A stretch of 64,000 bases of DNA from Marsupella aquatica. Its lineage: Eukaryota; Plantae; Marchantiophyta. Made by a program: the position numbers and the translations under genes. Shown here piece after piece: positions 37,526 to 50,771 of the stretch (the first letter of the stretch is position 1; every line of letters starts with the position of its first letter). Under the pieces are notes generated by a model. That model did not search any database. It was not told the DNA's origin and worked only from the letters and a program-made list of their open reading frames with translations. The stretch covers positions 15,182,861 through 15,246,860 of the forward strand of contig OZ316892.1 in assembly GCA_973895155.1 (NCBI GenBank), given 5' to 3'.

Positions 37526-38000
37526 TTGACAACAATATGGCTAACTTGACTTGGGATCAATACAAAGGTATGGCATGTCTCATTGAACAAGGCCAAAATA
37601 CTTATGTGGAAGCAGTTGAAGGCTTCTATTCCAGAGAAGTTGACGACGATTACTTGACAACAATATGCCTCACTTGACTTGGGATCAATAAAAGTTGCAG
37701 CATGTCTCATTGAACAAGGCCAAAATACTTAGGTGGAAGCAGTGCAAAGGCTATATTCCAGAGAAGTTGAAGACGATTACTTGACAACAATATGGCTAAC
37801 TTGACTTGGGATCTATAAAAAGGTGCAGCATGTCTCATTGAACAAGGCTAAAATACGTGTGTGGAAGCAGTCAAAGGCTTATACTCCATGTTGCAACAAA
37901 ATATGACTAACTTGATTTGGGATCAATAAAAAGGCGCGTCATGTCTCATTGAACAAGGCCAAAACACTTATGGGGAAGCAGTCGAAGGCTTATTTTCCAT
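37526..38000. repeat. Tandem repeat of about 110-128 bp, 4 copies, inside the Gypsy remnant
   Basis: Units beginning ttgacaacaatatg(g)ctaacttgacttgggatc at about 37526, 37654, 37781 and 37891. Confidence 0.88.
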
Positions 38001-40204
38001 GTTGAAACAGTGCCGCAATTCTAGGTGGGTGGGTCATAGAGGTCAAAATTCTACTTATGGTTTGTCGGTTAAACAGAGTTATTGGCCATGCATGAAGGAG
38101 CTAATCATTGACCATGTCAAGAAGTGCTATATTTGCTACAAGAACCACCAGAGTATTGTAAGTCTGGAGGGTTGTTGCAACCATTGGCGCTCCTTCATGG
38201 CCCATAGGAAAGTGTTTCGATGGATTTCACCACGTACTTGCATGATTCAAACAGCTTCAACTTCACGATGGTTGTCATAGATTGTCCAAGATGACTTTGT
38301 TCTTGCCTACACCAAGAAGGTCTGGGGATACATGCTTTCCGGTGGTATCAGACACTCTATTCATGCCTTACACCGTGGTATATGCACTATTTAATTGAAC
38401 ACAAATCAGTGATGTTGCTTTTGATCGGCCCAAATGCTCTCGTTGTCGACCACTACCTTTAACAGTCCTAGATCTCCCTCTATCCTGCTGTAGATGGCTG
38501 CGTTGTGAAGTCCTGACTTCCCTTGGAAGGACCAGGGTCCTCCTACCATTTTCTTCTCCACAGCGTGAGATCTCGGTCTTCACACGTCAACGCTGGATAA
38601 CACTTATATATTTACTTTTCGTTTTTGTAGCTACGGTAGTTCCCTACAATTGCAACTTGTTCTGCATCATCAGCACTTGAGATCATCAACACTCAGGGCT
38701 GTGACAGCCATGAATCACTAGAAAGATCAGTAGGAAGAAATTGGCGCTAGAACATCGATAGAACACTCAGAACAGCACTGTCTAGGAAGAAATCCTTTGT
38801 GGTCCGAACATTACTATGAAGACATCGTTGGTGGCCATCCAAGTTATCTAGGGTCTTGGGTCCCATTATCATAATGGGTTGGGATCACATGTTTTCTGCA
38901 ACCCTGAAAACGTTTGCAGCTCACTTTGATCAACCGGTAGCAATCCCAAACGGTCTCCTCCAACTTGTGGTCGTCATCCAGTTCAGCTGATTCACATAGA
39001 TCCTGAAGCTCTGTTCAGCTGACATCAGGAGGTTGATGAGAACTGTTTTCTTAAGAAATCGATACAATCTCATTGCACTTCATACACTCTACCGAACTCT
39101 GAACTGCCCGAACGAGTATTTGAAGGCGCTATCGAACGATGTCCAAACTGCGACATATTATGTGGACTTGTTCAACACGAAGAACCTCGTTAAAAACCAC
39201 TGTAGCAGAGTCTCGAGTGCAGTTCTGGAGACATAAAGGCACGGAACGAAATTGGCATACTTAGCTTCCATCTGACCTTGCAGAAAACACTTGAAAACCC
39301 TAGTGCCGCTATAGCTCAAGGTGCTCACATTCAATAGAATAACGAACACCGGGCAAGCTACCCCACAACATGTATACAAGCTAATTCTAGAACCCCAACC
39401 ACCGAAATAGCACTTCCAGAGCAGCCTTCAGTCAGCGAGATGCTCCGCCATGTAACCTACTGAGTGATGAGCACTACAACGACGATCTAAATTTCTTGGA
39501 ATGCCCTAGGAACGACTTCAAACTTCTGCACGTGTTATTAAAGCGCCACTGTCCCCGAAACAAAACCTGGTGCATCCAGGTTACTAAAATAAACCAAAAA
39601 TGGACTCAAAACAGTAATAAAAGTACTCTATTTTGTCCTCCCAAACCTGGTTCCAATGGTGGTTTAAGAAGAAGTTGCCCTAGAAGCGACATCGTGCAAT
39701 TCAAAAGAACCAATCCCTTGCATCTTGGCAGATATATAGAATGGTGAGGAAACATATTGCTCCATCTTAAGTTCCTAGAAAATGGACTCTGTACATAATA
39801 ACTCACCAATAATGACAGAAACAGTTCTAAGAAAACGATCGAATTTGAAATCGGGTCTCGCTCGAGTTTCTCTTGACCATGTATAAATGGGTTGATCTTA
39901 CGATTAAGAACGATAATAATCCTAACTTGTACAGAAAAATCTGATTTATGCCAGAGAACCACGAAACAGGTGTGAAATAAAACCATAATTCTACATTCAA
40001 TTGCTGCAGGGGTGAACTTTCGACCGTACTAGCATGACATTTACCCATTCGGAATGTTCACCAGGCCTTGGCAGCGTTCAACAAGTGCTTTCCCGTTGCT
40101 AGGAAACCCAATACTGAGTTCCACTCACTCTTCGAATGAACATTAGCTCTTCCACGCCACAAGTTGTCAAATGGAACAAACCACAAGCGTGGTGGGCAAC
40201 CTTC

Positions 40205-41932
40205 CTATTTTGATCCAAAACCCTTGACAGGGGTTCTTGCTGCCGATGAGAACTGCTGTTGAATACCTGATCGACTTTTTTTTCTCTTTGCAGTGCCAGG
40301 TGGTGCTTTGCGCTCTCGGAGAGATTCTTCCAAAGCACCTAATCCAGGGACCGAGCCCCCTTGTAACATGGCAGACAAGTTCTTCATGCGAGACCGCATT
40401 TGAAAAAGTTGTGAGACGAGCTGACTTACCTGTTCTTGAGTTCGTCCAGAACCAGAGGCAACCCTTCTTCTTCGAGACGGAGATTTTGCCAGGAGGTCTG
40501 GATCAGCCCTTTCTTTTCTGGTCATAGAGTTGATCATGGACTCCATAACTTTGAGGCTCTTTTCTGCGTCTTGGATCTGCTGGGGGCTGACTTTGTTCAT
40601 GCCTGGAATTAATTTAACAAGCCCGCCCATTGATCCCATACGCGCAAGAGAACGTGTCTGCTTGAGGAAGTCATTGAAATCGAACTTGGCCTCCATTATC
40701 CTTTTCTGCATCTCTTCTGCCTCTTCTTGGACCATAGCTTCTTGTGCTTTCTCTACAAGTGAAAGTACGTCTCCCATGCCCAATATTCTACTCGCCATTC
40801 GATCAGGATAGAAGGGCTCCAGGGCTTTCATACCTTCTCCTTCTCCAATAAATTTTATAGACTTCCCAGATACCTCTTTGACACTTAGAGCAGCTCCTCC
40901 TCTAGTATCTCCATCGATTTTGGTCAGTATGGCACCTGTGATTCCTAAGTCAAAATTAAAAGCTGCCACCAAAGCTGCAGCCTCCTGGCCTGTCATTGCG
41001 TCCACTACTAGTAGAACTTCATTCGGACTCACGGCATTCTTCACTTGCTTCAACTCGTCCATCATTCGTTTGTCTACTTGGAGGCGCCCTGCTGTGTCGA
41101 TGATGACAACGTCAACACCCGTCTTTTTCGCCTCAGCTAAACCTCTTCGCGCAATCTCAGTGGGGGGGGTCTGATTTCCGACTTCAAACACGGGAACATC
41201 CACCTGCTTGCCAAGAGTGATGAGCTGATCTATAGCAGCTGGCCGATATATATCAGTCGCCACCATCATACAGCTCTTACCCTTCTTTTTGAGATAAAGA
41301 GCGAGCTTCCCGCAGGCTGTGGTCTTTCCAACTCCCTGAAGCCCGACCATGAGTATCACAGTTGGACCTGACTTTGCATATTCAATTCCGGCCATGGCGC
41401 CCCCCATGAGGCTAACCAGCTCGTCATTGACAACCTTCACAAGCTGCTGATCGGGTCGAACTCCACGCACAACCTCTGTACCGACGGCCTTGTCAGAGAC
41501 GGACTTAACAAATTTTCGCACGACAGGCAAACTCACATCCGCCTCCAAAAGCGCGCGCCGAATGTCTTGCATTGGTTCCTTCACATTGGCCTTCGTCAGC
41601 ACATCTTCCTTCCTCAGCTTCGTCCAAGCCGCTTCCAAACCGGAACTGAGTTGGTCAAAAACAGACGAGGCTCGAACACACAATGGAAACGTCGCCCTCT
41701 TCTTCGAGAAATTCAGATTTCGGACTGTTATACTGTTTGGCCTCATGAAGTCGCTTGAGAGCGAGGGACCGGAAGTCCGAGATTTTCTCAAAACGGAGCA
41801 GTCCGACAGTTGAGAGGAAGGAGAAGGAGAAGGAGAAGCAGAAGCAGCAGACAACATGCGGACCTGCTGTTGGAGTGGAGACCTGGAGGAGCAGCCGTTC
41901 GCCCAGACGACAGCCGACATAGTCGTGGCCAT
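40205..41932 (-). CDS. cpSRP54: Chloroplast signal recognition particle 54-kDa subunit, intronless CDS
   Basis: Ser/Arg-rich transit peptide; [22 protein letters not shown] and TKIDG GTPase motifs; M domain; C-terminal [10 protein letters not shown]. Confidence 0.96.
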   Translation of the reverse strand: MATTMSAVVWANGCSSRSPLQQQVRMLSAASASPSPSPSSQLSDCSVLRKSRTSGPSLSSDFMRPNSITVRNLNFSKKRATFPLCVRASSVFDQLSSGLEAAWTKLRKEDVLTKANVKEPMQDIRRALLEADVSLPVVRKFVKSVSDKAVGTEVVRGVRPDQQLVKVVNDELVSLMGGAMAGIEYAKSGPTVILMVGLQGVGKTTACGKLALYLKKKGKSCMMVATDIYRPAAIDQLITLGKQVDVPVFEVGNQTPPTEIARRGLAEAKKTGVDVVIIDTAGRLQVDKRMMDELKQVKNAVSPNEVLLVVDAMTGQEAAALVAAFNFDLGITGAILTKIDGDTRGGAALSVKEVSGKSIKFIGEGEGMKALEPFYPDRMASRILGMGDVLSLVEKAQEAMVQEEAEEMQKRIMEAKFDFNDFLKQTRSLARMGSMGGLVKLIPGMNKVSPQQIQDAEKSLKVMESMINSMTRKERADPDLLAKSPSRRRRVASGSGRTQEQVSQLVSQLFQMRSRMKNLSAMLQGGSVPGLGALEESLRERKAPPGTAKRKKSRSGIQQQFSSAARTPVKGFGSK

Positions 41933-42360
41933 CGTTCTTCTTCCTCCGGTCCCGAGGGCGTACAAGGAGAACGACGACTCAGGTTACAACAGTTCGACAG
42001 ATTTTCCTCAAAATTGTGCCACAACAACTGCAACAATTGGAACAATTGCTGGAGACATTGCGCGATGAATCCTGGCGATCAAGTCATTCTCGGGTGCCCA
42101 TGGTGGCGGGCGCCATTGACACCGACGTCCAAAAACTCACCCGCAAGGACGATGGCAAGTAAAAGTGCTCGATAAATAGAATGCGATGACGAGAAGAGGA
42201 CAGACGGGGTTTGAGAGAGTTTGAGGCTCCGATGGATGCTGTTGCACGGATTGTTTGGGGGGGGGAGGGGGGGGGGGGGTTGGCCGCTCCCATAGGATTA
42301 CGGTAGACTACCCCCTGATGAGTGCTCACTCTCATTGTGTGACCACCTTAATACCCGAAA

Positions 42361-43170
42361 GAAGTTGTGTCGGCCAATGTCATTGAGAAAAAATGATGTG
42401 GTGTCAGCCAAGAGGTCTAATGCACAAAAGAAGTTGTGTTGGCCAATATGTCATTGAGAAAAAATGATGTCGTGTCAGCCAGAGGTCGTGGAGAGAAAAG
42501 ATGTTGTGTCGGCCAAGAGGTCGTGGAGAGAAAAGATGTCGTGTCACCCAAGAGGTCGTTGAGAGTAAAGATGTTGTGTCGCCCAAGAGGTCGTTGAGAG
42601 AAAAGAAGTCATGTCGCCCAAGAGGTCGTTGAGAGAAAAGATGTCGTGTCGCCCAAGAGATCGTTGAGAGTAAAGATGTTGTGTCGCCCAAGAGGTCGTT
42701 GAGAACAAAGCAATTGTGTTGGCCAAGATGTTGTTGAGAAAAAAAGATGTTGTGTCGGCCAAGAGGTTGTTGAGAAAAAAGATGTCATGTCGGCCAAAAA
42801 GTCATTGAGGAAAAAGATGTAATGTCGGCCAAGATGTAGTTTGAAAAAAATTTGTCATGTTGGCCAAAATGTTGAGAAAAAAGATGTCGTGTCGGCCAAG
42901 ATATTGTTCAGTGAAAATACCTGTGTGTTGCACAAAAGATGTTGTTAAGAAAAAAGATATCGTGTCACCCAAGATGTTGTTATGTGAAAGATGTCACGAA
43001 ATAAAAAGATGTTATTAAGAAAAGAGAAATCATTTTGCCAAAGACGCCATTATGTGAAAGATGTTAAGAAAAAGGTGTCATTTTGTCAAAGATATCGTGA
43101 AGTAAAAGGTGTTATAAGAAAATGGTGTCGTTTCACCCAAGCTATCGTTAAGTGAAAGATGTTATGAAGC
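42361..43170. repeat. Minisatellite with a ~35-bp unit, about 20 or more copies, degenerating outwards
   Basis: gtgtcgcccaagaggtcgttgagagaaaagatgt(c/t) at 42541, 42576, 42611, 42646 and onward. Confidence 0.92.
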
Positions 43171-44429
43171 AAAAAGTCAAGGAAAGAAGGAGCGAGTCTT
43201 TTTCTTTGTTTTGTTTTTTTTACCCAAAATGCCCCTACATTTGAATGGTGACCACTCTATAAATTGGCGCAACGTTATAAGAGGTTTCAGGTTTAGTGTT
43301 TTAGGGTTTAGGGTTTAGCAAAGATTATCATTCTGTCGGTATCCTTTCAATCCCAGTGCATTGCATAAAAGATGTTGTTTGGTTAAAGATATTGTTGAGA
43401 AATAGATAGTGGTGCAAAAGATCTTGTTGAATAAAAATAATAATTGTTAAAATACATTATTGCACAAAAAAAAATTGTTGAGTGAAAGATATCATTGTGA
43501 AAAATACTGGCTATGGCAACCACAAAAGTTCTTTTTTTTCTTTTTTCTCCTTGCACAAAAAATTTCTTGAATGAAAGATGTCATTGCACAAAAGAGTGGC
43601 TATGACAACTACAAAAGCATAACAAAATGAGAGGTGGTTTATTTCCTTTTTTTCCTTTTTTTCTCTTATATTCCTTTTAAACCTTAATCTCCCCCTTTTC
43701 CCCATTTCCAAATTTTTTGTCTTCTACTCTCTTTTTTTTACATTGAAAATGACAGTGCAAATGACTATAAAAATCACCACAAATATTGGGATCTAGTGAC
43801 TAAAATATTATTAGCAATTAAAATCCTCTTAGCAGTATTATACAAAACTATACACACAATATTGAACATATATAATGCTTACTTGCATGTAAGTATTCTA
43901 ATATTTACATGCATGGATGATGGAGGGAGTATACTCCTTGATCCCCGTGCATTGTGTTAAAAGTCTTAGTTTCATTTTTTGTTGGGTGTCTTGTGTGATT
44001 ATTCTGGCTTGTCTTGGACAATGGTGCAACTTTTTGTGAGTCACACTACATTCAATTCACACTTTGTCATTTTTACTTACCTTTGACTACAATTTGTTAA
44101 TTTTTTGCCCTGCAATTTTGAATGAGGACCACTCTAAAAAGTGGCGCAATTGTGTATTACAGTTAAGGATATTGAACTAGAGTAGTATGGACCAATGTTG
44201 GGGAGGTTTAGGGTTTTCTTTATACCTGCAATACAAAGGTATAGTGGACATCCTTGGCCCACAAGGTATGGTATTGGACTGGTATATAAGGTCCCAACAA
44301 ATTTTCAAAATATAGAGATGTATTAACAAACCGGGTGTAGGTATAGAGCTTAGACATGATTATACCTGGGTTATAAGGGTATACAGAAAGGTGTAGTAAA
44401 ATTAGACTCATAGTAACAAATTTGAACAC

Positions 44430-47400
44430 AAACTCAAATATGTCATCCAGAAAATCTATAATCATCTTTATTGTGCAAGTTAAAGATTACAATCCAAAGT
44501 TTGATTACAATCTCCAACTGAATCACAACTTCTCCCTCGGGTGATGTTTATATATATGGTGATGGGATTACAAAGTATGTTCCTAACTAGGGTTAGCTTA
44601 GTAACCCCAGTAACTTAACTGTAGTATCTTAACACTCCCCCTTGATTGTATTATGGGAGTAATGCAAGCAACTCTATACTAGTTAAGCTCTCCAACAACA
44701 GTCTTATATATTGTACTTTGTTCCTATGGAGGTGTTGCCTCATTAAAACACTCTGAGCATACTTGTGCAAGGGAAAGAGTACAACCACCTTTACAAATAA
44801 GAGTACAAAAGTTTGTGGCTATCTAGAGTTAAGTATTATTTTTAATCTCTGAGTTTTGATAGTCTGCGTAAGCCATAGGCCTTGACAATGAATGGTATGT
44901 AGTGCTAGAGTCAAGACTTTTGTGAACAAATCTGCATGGTTGTTTTTGCTCGCAATTGTCTTCACTTGAATGATGTCTCCTTGTTGTTCGTGGGTGAAGA
45001 AGAATTTTGGTGCGATATGCTTGATGCGGTCTCCTTTGATGAATCCTTTCGATACCTGTTCAACACATGCTTGATTGTCTTCGAATAGTGTAGTAGGTTT
45101 GGTTAGTGTTGGTAAGCCGCAGTTTGTATTAATATGGTCGGTTACCTTTTTAGCCAAATACACTCTCTGCTGGCTTCATATAATGCAATAATCTCGGCGT
45201 GGTTAGATGAAGTGAATGTTAGTGTTTGTTTAGTGCTTTTCCAAGAAATGGTTGTGCTACCATATAAAAATATGTAACCAGTCTGTGATTTAGCGTCGTC
45301 TGGGTCTGATAAATATCCAGCGTCCACATAGTCTGTTAAGGTTTTATCAGTGTTATTAGGGAAATATAGTCCCAGATCAATGGTTCGTTGGACGTAACGC
45401 ATTATTCTTTTTATGCCATTCTAGTGGCGTATGGTTGGTTGTGCACTATGTCTGGCTAGTAGGTTTACTGCAAAAGAAATGTCTGGTCGTGTCTGGTTGG
45501 CTAGGAACATGAGTGCTCCTATTGCTGATAAATATGGTTTTTCAGGATCAAGTAGTGGTTCATTTTCGTTTCTCTTTCTTAATGCATCTTTGTCTTTGTC
45601 TAGAGATCGTACTTCCATAGGAGAAGTTAGAGGATATGCCTTGTCCATATTGAATTGTTTGAGGATTTTGGTAGTGTAGGTACTCTGGTGTAAAAGTATA
45701 CCATCAGGTAGGTGTTTAAACTGTAGGCCCTAACAATAGTGGGTTTGGCCTAAGTCTTTCATCTCAAATACGCGGTTTAGTATCTTAATGGTGTCTTGTA
45801 ATAAGTTTAGGTGTCCAAATAAGTTAATGTCATCTACATAGATGGCGATTATTACAAATTCTTCATCATGTTTTATAATGAATAAACAAGGAGCAGTATC
45901 TTCATTAGTAAGACCCATATTCAACATTTCATCTCTAAATCTCTCATACCACATTCTTCCGCTTTGCTTTAGTCCATATAAAGATCTCATGATCTGGACA
46001 GCATATCCATCATTGGCCAGAGGCATGGATTTATGTATTGGAGGGATAATAAGTCCGCTCTTAGGAAGGACAATAGATCCACTCCATGGTGTTTGATGGA
46101 CTATAGGTCCACCATGCCCTGTTTTCCCTTCCTGAGGTCTTTTTGTGGTATAAGGTAGAAATGTGGATGTGGTAGGGTTTTGCTTTGTCTTATGCTCCCC
46201 CAACATGTGATATGCATGTCTCTTTATTAATTTTGGGGGTGCTTTCATATATATGGTGGTATCCAATAATCCATATAAATATGTTGTTACGACATCCATT
46301 TGATGCATCTTTAGTTGGTGACCTAGGGAAAAGCCAACTAGGTATCGATAGGTTATTGCATGATCCATCACTGGTGTGTATGTCAAGTCAAAGTCAAGCC
46401 CAGGTATTTGTGTCTATCTTTTCGCAACAAAGCGTGCTAACCTTGCAACTTGGCCTTGGGCAATTCTCTTTTTCACGAACGTCCACTTATAATCCGTTGA
46501 GTGGGTATCTGGTGGTGCTGGGACAATAGGTCCAAACACTTGGCGTTTAATCAGTGAATCCAATTTTGAGTTAATTGTCTTTTCTCATTCTGACCAATCT
46601 GGGCTTTTCTGTGCCTCACTGATCGTTTTAGGGTCAGGTTGTGTATTTGTGATATTTTGGGAAATGTGATAGGCAAAGTTGTCCTCCATGGGAATATTAT
46701 TTCTATTCCAAATGGTCCCAGTATTCATGTAGTGAATTGAGATTTCTTCATTTCTGGGATTTCCACAGGACTTGGTGTGGGTATCACTTCTGGTATTAAA
46801 GGTGATATTGTTGTGGTTGTTTTTCTTTGCCTTGGTTGGGTATCTTTAGATCCCAAAGGACGTCCATGTTTTTCTCTTGGTGGTTGGTCCGTGGTCAGTT
46901 GCGGTAACGAACCCGCTACAATCACGTTACCTCAGGGCACTACTATCTATATTAAATTCGCTATATACACACACCTAATGCAACAAGAAACTTGATTAGT
47001 TTCAAGGACATTAGAGATAACGGATTCCATATCCACACTAGCACAGATAAAAATCAGGAAGTAATTCATATTTTAAAGAATACTTCCGATGGAATGCAAA
47101 TAAAAGAAACACTTTTTGCGTATCCGTTGGGTTTCTATGTCACACAATTGAATGCTTCATTCCACCATGCATGAGATGTCACTATATGACCTTTGGCATA
47201 CCAGGCTCTCGGGGGGTTGACTATCAAAAATCTTAGGAACCACGTGCGATCCAAAATAGGTATTTTTCATAGAAATTAGCTAAATTTTTAAAAAGCGTAG
47301 GAAACAAAAGGAGGTATTATAGACCAGTATTTATAGAATATTCTCTAATGTATACCTTTTATAAAGTAAAATAGGTCATTAATATTGAAAATAGAGAATT

Positions 47401-50200
47401 TTTTTGGAATATTCCCATTATAAAATAGGTGTGTTTATATTAGGCTAGGATCGCACGTGGTACCCCAAAATATACACTAAGTTAACCCCCCGAGACCAGG
47501 CTTTGACACCCTAGCATGACCATGTTCCAAAAGATGAAAAGAGTAACCCACCGAATACCACAAAATGCACGTCCAACGAATCATAATCAGTCATGCATGA
47601 CATGTTCTCAAGGAAAGTTAATCCTTAGACCTTCTGTCTCCAAGACCATCCATGAAATGCCCAAATTCTTGGAACAAGTGCATGCAGACGTATGTGGCCC
47701 TATTGAACCACCAAGCCGACCATTTTGATTTTTCCTAGTCATTATTGACACATCCTCGTTGCTTTCCACACAAAACATGGTTTTTCCAAGACTTTTAGCA
47801 CACATCCTCAAGCTAAAAGCCCAATTCCCTGAAAACCCTATCAAGATGATTAGGGTGATAATGCAGGCAAATTTACTTCAAAAACATTCAAAGATTTCTA
47901 CATGGTTACAGGGATAGACACTCAATACCATGTACCCCACGTCCATTTCCAAAATGGCATCGCTGAATTTGTCATTAAGAGAATACAAATGATAGCAAGA
48001 CTCATGCTCAGATGCAGTTACCCACAACTGCATGGGGTCACGTTGTACTACATGCAACAACTTTACTTAAATATTGCTCATCGGCGTAAAATGACCAAAC
48101 TCCACACCACCTAGCCTTTGGAGTAGATCCTGACTTATCACATGTCAGAACTTTTGGTTGCCAGTACTAGTCCCCATAATGGGACCCAAACATACTAAAA
48201 TGGGACCTCAAAGACAAAAAGGCATTTACGTTGGTTTCGAGTCACCATCCATAATTAGGTACTTAGAACCATCAACTGCCGATGTCTTTCAAGCAAGGTT
48301 CCCTGACTGCCATTTTTACGAGAATGTTTTTCCCAAATTGTTTGAAGGATACCGCAATTTGAACGACCTCATACCCTAGAATTACAATGGCGGACTCAGA
48401 CCACTATTTGGAATGACCCACGGACACGACAATGTGAAGAAAAAATTTGTAGGATATTACAATTGATAAAAACTGTGGAGAAAATGAGTAAAATTACATC
48501 ATCAGTTATCAATCATTTCCATCAGTCGTCACATCATCTCAGAGAGGCCGCCAAGATGCGGCGCCGAAATAAAATGCAAATTTTATTTCATTTTTTTGGG
48601 TCAAAATTTGATTTAGGGTTTAGGGTTCTTAGGGTGTCCGTACTGTACGATATGGACGCCGGATTTCGTCGAATTTTTTTTTCAATTTTTTTTTTGTTTT
48701 GAATTTTTCAAGAAAATAATTTGAATTTCTTTCCCATTTTTTTGTCTGCACGCCAATCTCAGCGAGGTCAGCTGAGATTGAGTCAATCTCAACTGCCTAG
48801 CTGAGATGCGTGGAAGTGCAAAGTCGTCATCTCAACTGCTCAATTGAGATTCAAACAAATTTCAACGGAAAAACTAATAACTGATGATCCTTGCTACCCC
48901 GGAGCAAATGCCAGACGCATTTACAAATATTGTGTAGGGGACAAGATCACATATCCCTGTCGCAAATGCTCCTGCACACTTACAAGAATCCACAACTATC
49001 TGGTTGCTCCCCATGATAGTAGTCATGCTTCTATGGGACGGAGTAATGTGAGTGAAATAGTCCCTACACTTTAATATAGTGTGGGACGTCCCGCAATGCA
49101 GGTTCTAATGTTGTCTAAGGTAAGGAATCATGTTGATGTGTAATCATATGTGTCTCAGGGATGGTGTCATCATGGGTGTAGTTTTCTAGATGAGCATCCT
49201 TCTCTAGAAAAGTGTCATGATGTGCCTCTTGAGTTCTACTATTTCTACTCTACTGGTATAATTCTGATAGATGTGCCGATATGTGGCACAATTCCTGTGG
49301 GTGGCCCTTGGTGCCGCATTGGAAGCATTCCACGACGGGTCTTCCTAAGTACTATCGAGAAGAACTGCCCCGTTGGGCTGGTCTTCCTAGTCTTTTTGTT
49401 CCTCCACAAGTGTAGGTGAAGCTTGATCTTCATCGTCCGCGACCTCCTCCATTTCTGTGGCCTCTGCCTCTCCCCCCGAGGTAGGTAGATCTTCTCTGTC
49501 TTCCTCCTCTGAAGGTCGGTTGTCCTTTATCGTTGTGGCTAAAGCAGCCCCATTGGCCTCTTCTGCTGCTAGAAGGCGTTCTGAAGTTTGTCTCGGTGGT
49601 TGGGGGTGATGGCAGGGTTCTCGGGGGTCGCATCTTTGAGTTCTTCAATAGTAACTCCTGATGCCTCTTGGCTAGTAACATGTGAGCTATAATTTCAGAA
49701 TATTTTGTGAACTTCAGTTTCTATATTGTGCCGAGAGTATGATGTTGCCCGAGTGGAAGGTTGATAGTGTCTTTTCTATTTGTTCTTCGCCAGTGACTGG
49801 TTGGCCGCACAGGGCCAACTGGGATGTGATGCGAAATAGCTCACTGTTATAGTTAACTATAGACGTATGGTCTTGGACATTGAGGTTAGCCTAGTCATGG
49901 CGGGCTCTAGGGAGGTGTATGGTCTTAGTGTGGTTGTATCTTTCCTTGAGTTGATCCAAAAGGTTTTTGGGATTTTCCTCATTAAGGTATTGTAGCTTTA
50001 GTGGTTCTACGAGGTGGTGTCATATGAACACCAATGCTCTCGCCTTTTGTTGGGTTGTTGTGTCCTGATTGATTATGATTGTTTCAATATATGTCTTTAG
50101 CTATTAGGTTGACTTTGATGTCTAGTGTCCAGGATCTAGGTAGTTCTCCCCCTCGATGGTCAAGGGGAGAAATTCTAGATTCTCTATGGATGCCATGTTT
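44430..50200 (-). mobile_element. Decayed Ty1/Copia of the Bianca-like lineage with an internal inversion; outer boundaries approximate
   Basis: RH GFIKGDRIKHIAPKFFFTHE, RT IYVDDINL and SLYGLKQSGRMWY, INT KMGPQRQKGIYVGFESPSIIRYLEP, ISFKDIRDNGFH, gag knuckle CFQCGTKGHPQELC. PPT AAGGGGGAG then TG at 44634. The 5' LTR was not found. Confidence 0.85.
47208..47494. mobile_element. 287-bp MITE (non-autonomous DNA transposon)
   Basis: TIRs CTCGGGGGGTT...AACCCCCCGAG, subterminal inverted repeat accacgtgcgatcc/ggatcgcacgtggt, and 8-bp TSD ACCAGGCT (47200-47207 and 47495-47502). It interrupts the integrase motif WHTRL.HP. Confidence 0.88.
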
Positions 50201-50771
50201 GGGGTTTTAGGGTTTGTTCTTGGGTTTTAGGTTTAGGGTTAGGGTTAGGTCTCATATTGGTTATAACGTATGCAAGGTTTATACGATAGTTTAGTTTTTA
50301 GTGCCTGATGAGTTTTGTGCGGTTATAGGTTTTGTGCACTTTTCGAAAATCAAAAGAGTTGATTTTTCTTTCTTGTTTTTGCTTTTAGGGTTTTACTTTA
50401 TTATTATAAGGTTTTTTTGTTAACCCTAAATGCGTTTAAGGTTCATTGCCGCATGCAAGGTTTATTGCTTAAAGGAGGAAGTTCACTTTAGGGTTTGCAC
50501 TTAGATTTGGTTTTGCTTGTGTATGTCATAAACTCCACTAGGTTGTTTTGTAAATGGAATTCTCTTTGTTTTTGGTTTGTAGTTGTGAATGGTTTGCGGT
50601 TATGTGTGCTTCCCTGGTTTAGTGCACAATTTCTTTTGTAACTATAATTTTTTTGATGGATTTTGTGGTTAGGGAGGGTTGCACTTAGCGCATTTTTTGC
50701 ATGTTTTCTCGATGGTATACCATTTGTTCAAAAAAACCCCTCTACCGGGTGCTATACATGCTTTAGCACTT

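Larger units (their letters stand above)
33090..38340 (+). mobile_element. Heavily decayed Ty3/Gypsy remnant with internal insertions
   Basis: Frameshifted knuckle FKC..GHYKND at about 33375, RT KNKYPLP..FSKLDLRTGYNQV at 36040-36230, RNase H start LPEAEKPYEIWTD split by a solo LTR, and integrase zinc region YWPCMKELIIDHVKKCYIC at about 38080. Confidence 0.75.

Noticed and set aside
38400-39500. Possible exons or transposon fragment
   Set aside because: I could not assign any motif or consistent spliced frame by eye.
42361-43170. CRISPR-like array
   Set aside because: The units are contiguous with no unique spacers, there are no cas genes, and the context is eukaryotic.
50195-50250. Telomere or interstitial telomeric array
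   Set aside because: Only a few degenerate TTTAGGG/TTAGGG units in a retroelement leader.
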